From positions 832,001 to 896,000 of the forward strand of contig OZ242365.1 of the NCBI GenBank assembly GCA_965208905.1: a stretch of 64,000 nucleotides of DNA, given 5' to 3'. The stretch comes from Nitrosopumilaceae archaeon (GTDB taxonomy: Archaea; Thermoproteota; Nitrososphaeria; Nitrososphaerales; Nitrosopumilaceae). Numbering within the stretch: position 1 is the stretch's first letter; every line of letters starts with the position of its first letter. A program made the translations under genes and the position numbers. Positions 40,692 to 51,592 of the stretch are shown here, one piece after another. The notes beneath the pieces were generated by a model, which did no database searches, was not told the DNA's origin, and worked only from the letters and a program-made list of their open reading frames with translations.

Positions 40692-42309
40692 GGTTCCTCC
40701 TGCAAAGTCGGGTGATGTTACACCACCGCCATGCGGGATAGTCTGTCAGCCCAGTTGCTCCAGCAACCCTGTATGAGTGGTGTGGGATCGAGGATTACAT
40801 CCACGCCACGACGGACTTCGCCCAGACTGGCCGAAACCTGACGACCATATCGGGATACGGCACTTGTTCGCCGTATATTCTCCACTGCGTTGACGTCACG
40901 ATCTACGCCAACTATATGGCAGCGGGTGCAGTCTTTTCTATGATAAGTTCCAGTTAGTATGGTTCTGCACGCAGCACATAGCTTGGATGTGTTGTGTGGA
41001 CGCATATGTAATGCCTCCACTCCCAAAAACCGGGACTTTTCATAAATTAAATCCGATGCCTTTCGCATCATGGCAGAGTATAGCCTGCGACGCATACTGC
41101 GTCCAAACTTCCCATTCTTCTGCCAATTGTACGATATGTGGGTTAACTCCTCTAACATCACCAAGCATCCGGACTGTGCGGCCCACTGTGCAATGCATAG
41201 TGCTATCACGTTCAGCACATGTTCGTGGTGGCGCACGGCTTTGGCCACCCTGCGTTTTTTATCATTCTTTTTTGACTTTGTGTGGTTATGCTGTATGCTC
41301 AATATGCATCTGCTCATCTGCCTCTTTATCTCGGCGGCCCTCTTGTGTTTGCCCTCCCTTTTGAGTTTCCTGTATCTGCGTTTGAGTTTGCTGTGTAACT
41401 TATGACCACCATGTGTGACTTGTTGCTTTTCTCTGCGCTCCTCCTCTTTTTTGTGTACAACACGCCTTCCGGTACGTGCCGTATATGCGATATTATCATG
41501 TGTACGAGTATACGTATTGTTTGCATCCTCCGTCTTTGCCTCCTCAATGGCTTGTATGGTATCTGATAGATCAAACCGTACCATCGTGTTTTTATCACCT
41601 ACGGTGATGTTCTTTTCATTAATATCAACACCAATCACATCCTTTGGCGTGCCGCCCACATATCCCACATCCGTAAGCAACTCGATAATCTCCGATTTGC
41701 CGTGTGGGTGTGGCTTTTCAACCTCGGGCACTTTATTATGATATGTTATGGTGTATGTGGTCGGCGTAATCCACAACTCGCCCAACTCATTTTGCCCTAT
41801 TTTACGTACCGCATCTGGAGAGACGGGAATTGCTATCATGTGTCGGTGTTTTGACGAGCCAACATTTGCAACAGCCATATATCCACCCGCTATCGGATTC
41901 AGCCTCCAATTTTGGTTTTTCAGCTTTACCACTGGATTGCGAAACACGGGCTCAGATACCTTCATGCCCTGTGCAGCCTTTGTATTGCACGTTTTATGGG
42001 CGGCAACCCCGTCCCGTATGGCGGTCTGTGTTATAGATGAATGTACTTTGGGATCAGAACCGCGCATTGTACGATACATCAATGCGTTAACATCATAGGT
42101 ATTCCTCCCTGTATTATTCGCTATAATGTACGCCACTTCTGCTACCTTCCTGACATGTTCAAACACATGTCGCATGCCCAAATTTTTTGTGTATGGGCGT
42201 GTTATCGCCCTGCTATTTTTCACAAAAGCCATCATATAGTACGGTTTAATGACGTATTTAACGCTATCTAACAACACATCAACCATCTCCCGACTTTACA
42301 GGAGGAACC
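40692..42309 (-). mobile_element. TIR-bounded TnpB-only element, family A copy 2
   Basis: GGTTCCTCCTGCAAAGTCGGG...CCCGACTTTACAGGAGGAACC; perfect TSD TTCAGATG at 40684-40691 and 42310-42317. Confidence 0.93.
40718..42286 (-). CDS. tnpB: TnpB-like RuvC endonuclease (522 aa)
   Basis: Close paralog of 6993-8546; D/E/D residues intact. Confidence 0.88.
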   Translation of the reverse strand: MVDVLLDSVKYVIKPYYMMAFVKNSRAITRPYTKNLGMRHVFEHVRKVAEVAYIIANNTGRNTYDVNALMYRTMRGSDPKVHSSITQTAIRDGVAAHKTCNTKAAQGMKVSEPVFRNPVVKLKNQNWRLNPIAGGYMAVANVGSSKHRHMIAIPVSPDAVRKIGQNELGELWITPTTYTITYHNKVPEVEKPHPHGKSEIIELLTDVGYVGGTPKDVIGVDINEKNITVGDKNTMVRFDLSDTIQAIEEAKTEDANNTYTRTHDNIAYTARTGRRVVHKKEEERREKQQVTHGGHKLHSKLKRRYRKLKREGKHKRAAEIKRQMSRCILSIQHNHTKSKKNDKKRRVAKAVRHHEHVLNVIALCIAQWAAQSGCLVMLEELTHISYNWQKNGKFGRSMRRRLYSAMMRKASDLIYEKSRFLGVEALHMRPHNTSKLCAACRTILTGTYHRKDCTRCHIVGVDRDVNAVENIRRTSAVSRYGRQVSASLGEVRRGVDVILDPTPLIQGCWSNWADRLSRMAVV

Positions 42310-42351
42310 TTCAGATGTAAGCTATTTAGTAGTGTGCATATTGTCTGAATC

Positions 42352-44184
42352 ATGGAAAGGGCAAAACGAGTGGTTGTCGATACCAGCGTTATAGTAAACA
42401 GTCGGCTATTGAACCGTGTTGAATCAGGTGATATGCGTAACTATGAGATAATAATACCGCAGGTGGTACTTGATGAACTATATGCGCAGGCCAACAACCA
42501 TCGCCAGCAGGGGTGGGCAGGCCTTGGGACACTTCAACAACTATTTGAATTGTCCTCAGATGCTGGTATTACCGTCACCATACATGGTAATCACGCAACA
42601 GCCGAAGATCTGGAGCTGTCCAGTAGCGGCAGACTGGACAATCTCATAAACGATACTGCAAAACGACTTCGGGCAACACTATACACATCAGATAACCTTC
42701 AGCACCTCGCGGCGCGCGCGACAGGCATGGATGCAATCCTCCTTCCACCTGACACCGAATCTGTGGACATGGAGTTTCCCAAATACTTTGATTCAGATAC
42801 GATGAGTGTGCACCTAAAAGAGAATATGGCTCCTGTGGCCAAAAGAGGAGGCCCCGGCTCATTTATAATGGTCTCACTAGACAGCGCCCCCCTGACACAC
42901 GTGGATTTGGAGCGAATAGCCTCTAAAATAGTAGATGCCACTCGAAGTTCCAATGGAATAATTGAGATAGAAAAGCCCGGAGCCACCGTCGTACAATACG
43001 AAGATTACAGAATCGCAATAACCCGACCACCATTCTCAGAAGCAATAGAGATAACAATTGTACATCCACTAGTCAATCTATCTTTGAATGACTATGATGT
43101 ATCTGATGAACTGATGGAGCGGTTTGCTGATACTGCAGAGGGTGTGGTGGTGGCCGGCCCGCCGGGCTCTGGTAAGTCCACATTGGCATCAAGTTTGGCC
43201 GACTTTTACAGTGCGAAGGGTCGTATAGTCAAGACATTTGAATCTCCTAGAGACCTACAAGTGAGCTCCAATATCACACAATATGCTAAATTAGATGGCA
43301 GTTTTGAAAACTCTGCAGACATACTTCTCTTGGTAAGGCCTGACTGTACCATATTTGATGAGGTGCGCCGGCGTGAGGACTTTGAAACGTTCACTGATCT
43401 TCGACTTGCTGGTGTAGGGATGGTGGGAGTAGTACATGCTAACTCGCCCATGGATGGCATTCAAAGATTCATTGGGAAGGTGGATTTGGGAATAATCCCA
43501 AGCGTATTGGATACTGTAGTGTTTGTTCAGGATGGTGGTATTGAAAAAGTCTATGAGCTGGACCTGAAGGTAAAAGTACCTTCTGGCATGATAGAGGCAG
43601 ATTTGGCACGACCAGTCATCGAGGTTCGCGACTTTACAACCAAGGCACTGGAACACGAAATTTACACGTTTGGTCAGGAGAATGTTATAGTGCCGGTGTT
43701 AGATGGCCATACAAAGGGTATAGGTGGACTTGCCGAAGACAAGATACGCTCAATGTTTGAGCGATACGACCCCAATGTGGCCGTAGAGATACTCTCTGAT
43801 AGTCGTGTCGTGGTTCGCGTGGCAAAGGATCGTATACCCAGCGTTATAGGACGCCGAGGCTCTAACATCAGTGATTTGGAACGAAAGTTGGGAATATCCA
43901 TAGATGTGGAGGCGCGAGATAACGAATCAATTGTTGATGGTCTTGAAGTGCCTACCAGCTTTTCAGAGTCCAAGACCGCCTTGTTGCTGGATGTGGGCTC
44001 ACAATATGCTTCCATGTCCGCTACAGTCTTTGTCGATAATACGCCTCTGACATCCAGGCGGGTGGGGCGCAAGGGTCAAATAAAACTACCAAAGAGATCC
44101 GAAGCTGCGCGGCGTTTTATAGATATGGTCTCTGAAGATGGAGATATTCGCGTGATTGTTAAAGACGCCCAAACTCCTCAATAA
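42352..44184 (+). CDS. PIN-domain ATPase with KH domain (PINA family)
   Basis: VVDTS PIN, GPPGSGKST, FDEVR, VIGRRG KH motif. Confidence 0.9.
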   Translation: MERAKRVVVDTSVIVNSRLLNRVESGDMRNYEIIIPQVVLDELYAQANNHRQQGWAGLGTLQQLFELSSDAGITVTIHGNHATAEDLELSSSGRLDNLINDTAKRLRATLYTSDNLQHLAARATGMDAILLPPDTESVDMEFPKYFDSDTMSVHLKENMAPVAKRGGPGSFIMVSLDSAPLTHVDLERIASKIVDATRSSNGIIEIEKPGATVVQYEDYRIAITRPPFSEAIEITIVHPLVNLSLNDYDVSDELMERFADTAEGVVVAGPPGSGKSTLASSLADFYSAKGRIVKTFESPRDLQVSSNITQYAKLDGSFENSADILLLVRPDCTIFDEVRRREDFETFTDLRLAGVGMVGVVHANSPMDGIQRFIGKVDLGIIPSVLDTVVFVQDGGIEKVYELDLKVKVPSGMIEADLARPVIEVRDFTTKALEHEIYTFGQENVIVPVLDGHTKGIGGLAEDKIRSMFERYDPNVAVEILSDSRVVVRVAKDRIPSVIGRRGSNISDLERKLGISIDVEARDNESIVDGLEVPTSFSESKTALLLDVGSQYASMSATVFVDNTPLTSRRVGRKGQIKLPKRSEAARRFIDMVSEDGDIRVIVKDAQTPQ

Positions 44185-44620
44185 TTTTTGGGTTTGCCTT
44201 TAAATACGTGATGAACTTTCGTAACTGAAATACAGTCTCCGGGTTCAAATGGTGTTCTATACCCTCGGCATCCTGATTTGCGGCATCACCAGTTATGCCC
44301 AACATATCAAAGAACTCCAACAGAGTACCATGCCTCTGTCGTATGGAGTCGGCCAACTTGCGTCCTTTGTTAGTCAAGTTTATGCCATGGTACTTTTCAT
44401 ACTTTAGAAAGCCGCCCTCATCCAATCGATGTAGCATCTTGGTGACACTAGGCGCACTTACATTCATGTATCTGGATATGTCCAAAGTGGTGGCATATCC
44501 TTTTAGTTCTACAAGCTCTGCCATCACCTCTAGATAGTCTTCCATACGGGGACTTGAATCTCGACGGCCCACGCCATGTGCAGCACGAATGGAATCTAAT
44601 CTGCTAACATCCGGCGGCAT
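44159..44620 (-). CDS. DtxR/MntR-family metal-dependent repressor
   Basis: MEDYLE, VSAPSVTKML, AEGIEHH. Confidence 0.9.
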   Translation of the reverse strand: MPPDVSRLDSIRAAHGVGRRDSSPRMEDYLEVMAELVELKGYATTLDISRYMNVSAPSVTKMLHRLDEGGFLKYEKYHGINLTNKGRKLADSIRQRHGTLLEFFDMLGITGDAANQDAEGIEHHLNPETVFQLRKFITYLKANPKIIEEFGRL

Positions 44621-44710
44621 AATACTAATACGTCTACACCATATTAAAGAGCTCCATTTGTTATACCTGCACAGGATACGATTTTTAATGGCATTGCACA
44701 ACGTGTAGTA

Positions 44711-45202
44711 ATGGCCACCCGAATGCAAGTACTAATACCCGTGGCTGCCGCCGCCGTAATAGTTGGTGTGGTTGGCATAATATCCATACCAGCAGATACC
44801 AAGATGGACTTTGCTGAATTTCCACAAGGTACCATACGGGTAGATGATGTTGTAGTTCAGGTGCAGATAGCTGATACAGAGCCACGCCGCGTACTAGGCC
44901 TAATGCATCAAAACGAACTCCCATATGATCAGGGAATGATATTCATATTTGACTCTGTAGGGCAATACAGTCTGTGGATGCGTAACGTACAGTTTCCCTT
45001 GGATATGATATGGTTTGATGAAGATGGTGTTGTGGTCCACATCGAAGAACGTGTACCTCCATGTCTTACCGCCTTGGAAGCCATGACCTGCCCGTCCATT
45101 GCCCCGGAAGTTGATGCGCTATACATACTTGAGGCCACCGGTGGTTTTGTCGAGCTGCACAATATACAGTTGGGCTCGCAGCTATACCTGATATCAGTAT
45201 AA
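44711..45202 (+). CDS. DUF192 protein
   Basis: GLM, GMIFIF, WMRNVQFPLDMIW, YILE. Confidence 0.87.
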   Translation: MATRMQVLIPVAAAAVIVGVVGIISIPADTKMDFAEFPQGTIRVDDVVVQVQIADTEPRRVLGLMHQNELPYDQGMIFIFDSVGQYSLWMRNVQFPLDMIWFDEDGVVVHIEERVPPCLTALEAMTCPSIAPEVDALYILEATGGFVELHNIQLGSQLYLISV

Positions 45203-45422
45203 CTAATGGAAATTACATCTCTAAGTAAACATGACCACTCTTTCGAGTGATGTTGGCGCCGGGTGCTGTCCGTGAGGGACAATTCCCACGCCATCCAAGG
45301 GGGCTCTGATGAGACGTTCTTTGTTGGTCAGGTTTTGACGCCCGACCTTTGGACAACTTGTGCCGGCCATCACATCACCAACGGCACTGGATATAGTGAG
45401 TGTCACGAGATGTCTGCAACAC

Positions 45423-47145
45423 GGGTATGTCCCACTAGTATAAAGCCACTGGAGTCTCCTCCGGCAGCGCTACACCAGCAGCACAATTGGATACATCCAG
45501 GTGGTCGTCCAGGGACGGTAAATCATCACCCACGCGTAGTGAGTTCATCACCTCCCCTTTAGGCCGCCGCCCTTCACCGTCCTGCGGAAACCACAAGACG
45601 GTAGCATCCAACAACCGTTGGACGCACTGCTCCCAATCCCCGGCCACCCACCGATTAGAATCGGCTGCCGGTTCACAGTATTTGAGGATGCCGCGCCATA
45701 CAATATTGATGGCTGCGACATCATCCCTGTCGATATGGTATAAACAAATCTCACACCCTTTAATACGCCTCCATTCCTCCCATATTTTCGTGTCGTACTT
45801 TGGTTCCCACAACGCTTTCTTACAGGTAGGGCAAGTAGAACTAGTACCCTTAGCAACGACACCAATCACGGGAAGACCATGCTTTCCGTATACGCTTTTA
45901 GCCACCGCCCATATCGTACCCTGACTCCGCCCCATCTTCAACAAGTCGCGCGTCTCGTTTGACATCTGTTTGTTACTCTTTTTCATCATCCTGTCGATGG
46001 TTGGCTCCTCCAACACCAACACAAAGCCCAACGCGGCCAACCTGTACATCAGCTTGAACAGCCAGTCCTTCTTTTGGTTGTTGTATCTGGTGTTTATGCG
46101 GGCGCGTTCGCGACGACTAACTCTCTCATCTCGCCGCTTGTTCTTTGGCTTGCGGCCTGCATGTTTGATGTGCTTTGGCAGAGTACGCCTCCCTTTCTTT
46201 GGTTTTTGGGCTTGTTTACTCTTCGGTTTGCCACCAGTCATGCCTAGGTTGGCGTGTTTCTGCCGTCGTGTCTAAGCGGCTTCAAGCGCCCATTTGGAAT
46301 GCGTTTTACATTACCGTCGGTGTCAACCGTTACATGCTGTACTTTGTTGACATCCATACCCATCATACCTTTGGCCTGCACTGGTGTGGTTGGTTGTGGT
46401 TCATACGCGATGGATACCGTTTTGTCATTTATGGTAACCGCCCCCACACTTACGGCAGTAGCCAACTTTTCTACCATGTACGGCGTGAGTTGTATCTCCA
46501 CGGTGTGTTTATGTGGTGTGATGGGAAACCGCAACACCACGTATGGTGATACCTGTAGGGGTTGATTCGGTGCGTCAGATAACCTACATCGGAAACCTTG
46601 ACCATATATCCGACAAGACCCAGCATTCTGCCGCAGTACTGGACTTGTACACTTTGGCCGCCGCGCGTTGGGGTCTTGCGCACGCCTCTTGTAGTATGCA
46701 CGCATCTTAGCCTCACACTCATCTTTCATGGTTAACGCGAACTGCGCCATGTATTTGTTGTCGCGGTGCTTGAGCAGTCTGTATATGTTCTTGGCTCTGA
46801 CATCATACTCTTCTAACTCATCTTCACTATACGCTTCCCGTACTTTTGGAAAATCCCTGATCAATTCGGACCAAAGACGGTATCCCAGCCCAGTCTTATG
46901 TCCTGCATATTGTAAGGCGGATTCCAGTATATCATCTGGGTCGTATTTGGGCGGTCTACGAGATCCTGTCAGTTCACAAAACTTTGCAGGATGGTATATC
47001 TTACCGTGTGGCATTGCTACTGCTACGGTGTCACCACATCGTCTTTTCATAGAGTACTATACTATGTTTTACTATTTAATATTTGATTACCGTTATTGGC
47101 ATACACCATTCACTGTTTTTGGATATTTACCTGCGGGACACACCC
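45423..47145 (-). mobile_element. TIR-bounded TnpB-only element, family C
   Basis: 13-bp TIRs GGGTATGTCCCAC / GCGGGACACACCC; perfect 9-bp TSD CTGCAACAC at 45414-45422 and 47146-47154. Confidence 0.88.
45435..47050 (-). pseudogene. tnpB: Frameshifted TnpB-like RuvC gene (two ORFs)
   Basis: MGMDVN (RuvC-I) in 46244-47050; LVLEE, CPTC/CEIC, DRDDVAAINI in 45435-46241; frameshift near 46270-46290. Confidence 0.8.
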
Positions 47146-47188
47146 CTGCAACACCAAAGAATTTATTTTGATTTCATAATTAGAAAAC

Positions 47189-47836
47189 ATGAGACGCAGT
47201 ATACTGATTACAATAATTATTTTGATTGGTGTGAGCATGTCTGCTCTTGTTTTGATATATAATTTGGGCCAACAACCTGAAATTGAAATACAAGCATCAG
47301 AGTCGTATATCTGCGCGGATGATTTGACTGAGAGTGAACTATCTGTAACACCCTTATCGTATGATGATAACAACTTGATTCGGTCTGCGCTCGAAAGACA
47401 CGATATACAGATGTCCTCATCACTAGAGTTTTCTGGCGAAAAGGCTGCAGAATTTTGCTCGTTCTTTGCAGATGGCACTGTACCCGTATACTGCACATCT
47501 ACCGAACTCGTACAGAGTGGTGAATTTTTGGGCAACGTCCACATGGTGGGTACGACTGATGAGCCCTCTGCTGTGTTGGGGGTTGTACGATCTGACACCA
47601 TACCTTCTGGTGTACATACCGTGACTGCTGTAGCTGATTCGATTATTGGAAGTGTATTTGAGTGCACAGGTGGCACATCCGCCCTCTGGATAGAGCAGTT
47701 ATCGGATAGACATACAAGAGAGAGTACTATGGCCACAAAGTCCACTATCGATGGTCTACCAACACCGGTCTTGTTGGAGCTGACCGGCTCATCTGGCAAC
47801 TATTTATGGACAATTTTGATTGGTAACACTCCATGA
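47189..47836 (+). CDS. Membrane-anchored hypothetical protein
   Basis: N-terminal TM helix; YCTSTEL...FLGNVHMVG. Confidence 0.7.
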   Translation: MRRSILITIIILIGVSMSALVLIYNLGQQPEIEIQASESYICADDLTESELSVTPLSYDDNNLIRSALERHDIQMSSSLEFSGEKAAEFCSFFADGTVPVYCTSTELVQSGEFLGNVHMVGTTDEPSAVLGVVRSDTIPSGVHTVTAVADSIIGSVFECTGGTSALWIEQLSDRHTRESTMATKSTIDGLPTPVLLELTGSSGNYLWTILIGNTP

Positions 47837-48678
47837 TACAGTGGATTATCATATTACTCGTTATTGGATTGCTGATTTTAGCCGCACTCTTTGGTGGTTC
47901 AGCACTGGTACCCGACGTGCAGACTGCCGTATTCTTTGTGTTCCTGGCAACTGCAGCTAGTACATTGGCATCTATAGCGGGTCTGGGAGGCGGCCTTGTC
48001 ATAATACCCATACTGATATTTCTGGGACTATCGCCTCCGGTTGCCGCCTTTGGCAGTCTTGCCGCCACAATGTCCAACGCAACCGCCTCAAGTCTGATAT
48101 ATGGACGACAAAGACGCATAGAGTACAAGGAAGCTCTGAAACTGGGCATGATAGCCATACCTGGCAGTATATTGGGCGCCATACTATCAAAGGATGCCGA
48201 GGTTGGCTCTTACAGCATACTTTTAGCTACTATTCTAATATCTGCAGGTGTCTATGTGTATATCCGTCCCCGTCTGCGCAACCGTCCACATCCGGGAACC
48301 CCCATCTTTTTGACACTCTCTGCAGGTACCAGCTTCCTTGCAGGTTTGGTCTCTTCGTACTTTGGAATAGGTGGAGGTGTGGTCTTTATTCCATTATTGG
48401 TGATGCTATACGGCATGAGCGTAATGCGTGCAGCCCCCACATCCATAATGGCACTTTTGTTGACCTCCATAGCTGGGATAACTACTCATGGTGTATTGGG
48501 TAATACCGATGCTATACTGGCGTTACTGTTATCTGCAGGAGGATTGTTGGGCGGCATGACCGGAGCCAAACTCTCACTGGAGGTAGGTGAAAAGTACGCC
48601 CGAGTGTTGGTGATGGCGACCATGACTGTCACGGCCATCATGATGATATGGAATAGTGCTGCCCCTGATACTGCCTAA
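47833..48678 (+). CDS. TauE/SafE sulfite-exporter family protein
   Basis: GLGGG and GIGGG repeats; many TM helices. Confidence 0.87.
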   Translation: MIQWIIILLVIGLLILAALFGGSALVPDVQTAVFFVFLATAASTLASIAGLGGGLVIIPILIFLGLSPPVAAFGSLAATMSNATASSLIYGRQRRIEYKEALKLGMIAIPGSILGAILSKDAEVGSYSILLATILISAGVYVYIRPRLRNRPHPGTPIFLTLSAGTSFLAGLVSSYFGIGGGVVFIPLLVMLYGMSVMRAAPTSIMALLLTSIAGITTHGVLGNTDAILALLLSAGGLLGGMTGAKLSLEVGEKYARVLVMATMTVTAIMMIWNSAAPDTA

Positions 48679-48944
48679 GAGAATTATGTGCCAAAGTTTG
48701 ATGTTTTCATTATACTTGATGTTGCGGGTCGATTTTGCGCCATATTTATCACATAACTATATGATATCTGGCACTACTTTGTCCCCATCAAAGCTCTAAG
48801 TTTGCATCTTTCAAGCAAACACCCGCCGCTGTGGGAACCATGTCGAATGGTTTTCTATTAGTGTAGCCATTATAACAGCACATATACTATGTTAGCCGTA
48901 ATAACCAAACCATTCGTCTGACAGCTAACTTTGTATCTAGATTC

Positions 48945-50690
48945 CTATCTAGATTCATCCACGTTAAATATAACCTCGCCAGAGTGACGTGCGTCATCTG
49001 ACAGCGAATAGTCTAAAACTTTGGCTATCTCATGGTGGTTTGGCTCAGATCCAGATGTGGTTCCTGGTAATACTGTAAATACCCGCGCATTTGACTTTAA
49101 CACATCGCTGAGCTCCTGATTTATGGTTGTTGTAAACGGCCTCAGACTTCCCCGAAATATCTCAACTTTGGCTCGCTCTGCGCCGGATATCTTTCTGCCT
49201 TGGGGAAGACTGGGACCCACTATCAGTATGCTGCCGTCTGCCCCTGCAAATTTGCGAGGATCTCCACCTCCACCCGGCACAAAGTACTCTAAAGCCTCCT
49301 GTACGGTCTTAGCCGGTCGATTGATGAATTTATCCACTAACCCATCCCACTCTGCTCGACTCATCTGTGTAATCTTATCGATATCTGGCAAGTCTCCGGT
49401 TATGTGTACTATGGAGCGTATATCTCCCATCTTTATGGCCGCAGTACCAAACCATCTACGTAACTGCGCAGTATCATCCATGTCTATGTAATGTGAGTGG
49501 AACTCACTTAGTGTGTCTGATATGGATTTGGGCGTGGACTCTGGCATGAGCAGTACCACCTTGCCTCCAAACTTTATGATGTGTTGTGCTAATGTAACTA
49601 CTCTCTGCACATCTGCATCTTTGGTGGGGTCTAGGACAATGACAACACAACTGCCACTGTAGTCAGCCGTCGCCGGAGGAGTGCGATTACATACATGCGG
49701 CCTTACTGGATAAAATACACGGTCTCCGGGTATGACTTTGCCATTTACAATCTCCCCTATACTGTCATCACAGAGATTAAGTACAGTCTCTGCCACCTGC
49801 CTCTGAGATAGAAACTGTCTGTCTGCGATCATATGTGATGTGTTCTTCTGTATCTTTTCGGCTATACTCTGTATCTTTTGGAGCATTCTACGTAGTACAT
49901 CTGCATCGACGTTTAGAGTCTCTGCAGCATTGTCTATGCCACTCTTTATTATGGACTCATCCTCTCCTAGCAGTGGCAGTATCTGCTTACTTGCCTCTTC
50001 TACCTGCTGAGGCACTAAACCCTCAAATCCGCTCACTCTCATAAATTCAGCCGCTGCCTTGGGATACACTGTCTTGTATATGCGATCCGAATGTACCGGG
50101 CCTGGGTTTGTAGCTATTGATATGATTCCATCGCCCACCAACTCCCATGACATTGCCTCGGCCAATCGATTTTTGGCCCCCTGTGATGCAGTATATGGTC
50201 CCCGGAATCGATAAGGACGCTGCTCCAGCGGCCTCTCTTCAGTAAAGAATGTAGATATGGTGATTATCTTGCCTCCCCTCTTCATGCATTGTAGGCCACA
50301 TACGGAACCCCAAAATGTACCTGTTAGGTGTATTGCCACAGTCCCCGTAAAGTCATCCATACTCGCATTGGGAAAACATGTTACGGGACCTGAGACACCT
50401 GCATTATTCACAATATAGTCTACTGTGACACCATCAGCCTTTAGTGTACTATACATATCAGATATGTCTTCCTCATTACTGACATCAACACCTGGGAATA
50501 TTCTGACACCGGCCCCACTCTTACTTTTATCAATTATCTGTTGCAGCTCGGAGGCCGCCTCGACTAATGGCTCCTTACGTCTGCCCAGAATTATTACGCT
50601 GGCGCCCTGCTCTACAAACGCCGTGGCTATGGCCTTGCCGATCCCAGTTCCACTTCCAGTAATGAGGGCAGTCTTTTGCAGAAACTTCAC
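48945..50690 (-). CDS. Two-domain SDR oxidoreductase
   Basis: TGSGTGIG, NNAG, PGP; second degenerate SDR domain. Confidence 0.85.
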   Translation of the reverse strand: MKFLQKTALITGSGTGIGKAIATAFVEQGASVIILGRRKEPLVEAASELQQIIDKSKSGAGVRIFPGVDVSNEEDISDMYSTLKADGVTVDYIVNNAGVSGPVTCFPNASMDDFTGTVAIHLTGTFWGSVCGLQCMKRGGKIITISTFFTEERPLEQRPYRFRGPYTASQGAKNRLAEAMSWELVGDGIISIATNPGPVHSDRIYKTVYPKAAAEFMRVSGFEGLVPQQVEEASKQILPLLGEDESIIKSGIDNAAETLNVDADVLRRMLQKIQSIAEKIQKNTSHMIADRQFLSQRQVAETVLNLCDDSIGEIVNGKVIPGDRVFYPVRPHVCNRTPPATADYSGSCVVIVLDPTKDADVQRVVTLAQHIIKFGGKVVLLMPESTPKSISDTLSEFHSHYIDMDDTAQLRRWFGTAAIKMGDIRSIVHITGDLPDIDKITQMSRAEWDGLVDKFINRPAKTVQEALEYFVPGGGGDPRKFAGADGSILIVGPSLPQGRKISGAERAKVEIFRGSLRPFTTTINQELSDVLKSNARVFTVLPGTTSGSEPNHHEIAKVLDYSLSDDARHSGEVIFNVDESR

Positions 50691-50737
50691 GATTTACCAC
50701 ATTTTATTACATTATTTAATTTTGCGATGTTCAACTC

Positions 50738-50782
50738 GGGAATCATATACATGAGTAATGTTTACTCATGCATATAATTCCC
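50738..50782. mobile_element. 45-bp palindromic micro-MITE of family B TIRs
   Basis: GGGAATCATATACATGAGTAA-TGT-TTACTCATGCATATAATTCCC; flanks TTCAACTC / TTCCACTC. Confidence 0.82.
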
Positions 50783-50940
50783 TTCCACTCCAGCAAAGAT
50801 AGATTATAACCAAGACCAGAGTTGTGACCAGCTAAATGTCATTACTTATGATGCCCAGCACAATACATCTGAAATATAGTCATATCTCTCTGCAAGAATC
50901 CATCAGATACTTTATTTATGGTGGTTTGAGTATTGTCTAT

Positions 50941-51177
50941 ATGCGCGACTCTGAACCTGACACATTTCTCTATCAGACATGGCCAGAAAAGTTCTCTGAT
51001 ATATTGCGTGAGATCAATGTGGATTCACAGGCTAACGATGTGGGCTCGGAAGCTTTGGAGAGTGGAGACTATTACTCTAGACACTACTCTCAAACACCTA
51101 GAATGGTCACCAATAGAGGAACATTAAACATAAAGGACTCTAACATAGATATGGTGCAGATAATCCAAAAGGGGTGA
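50941..51177 (+). CDS. Hypothetical protein
   Basis: Likely ATG at 50941; coupled to next ORF. Confidence 0.6.
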   Translation: MRDSEPDTFLYQTWPEKFSDILREINVDSQANDVGSEALESGDYYSRHYSQTPRMVTNRGTLNIKDSNIDMVQIIQKG

Positions 51178-51178
51178 T

Positions 51179-51592
51179 ATGGTGCCGCAAGATCCTAATC
51201 CAATACCATGGGGAGCAATGGACCGCTTTCAAGCTCATTACATTGTAAAGACATCATCTGATGATCCCCACATGTATCTTGCTAGGACCCGCCTAAAAAC
51301 AAAGGGCCATTTTGCATCAAAAAAACTAGAGTCTGTATCGTGGGAGGGAGTTGGTGATCTGGCAGTATCTTTGAACAATGATGAGGAACTAAAGAATATG
51401 ATACTGAAACAAGATGTACGCGATGCCAACATACTTGTAGAGCCCACCGATGGTGCAGTACGCATACATGGGAAATGGAAAAATCATCTGGAGTTTGGAG
51501 TTACTAAAGAACAGTTTGATATCTACGACAGGATTGCCGGTCATGTGAAATCATTGAATACGTTTAAGCCTTCCACCAATCCAGAGCCATAA
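51179..51592 (+). CDS. Hypothetical protein
   Basis: Clean 137-aa ORF, globular composition. Confidence 0.65.
   Translation: MVPQDPNPIPWGAMDRFQAHYIVKTSSDDPHMYLARTRLKTKGHFASKKLESVSWEGVGDLAVSLNNDEELKNMILKQDVRDANILVEPTDGAVRIHGKWKNHLEFGVTKEQFDIYDRIAGHVKSLNTFKPSTNPEP

Noticed and set aside
45300-45330. Hammerhead ribozyme (CTGATGAG)
   Set aside because: No properly placed GAAA and stems
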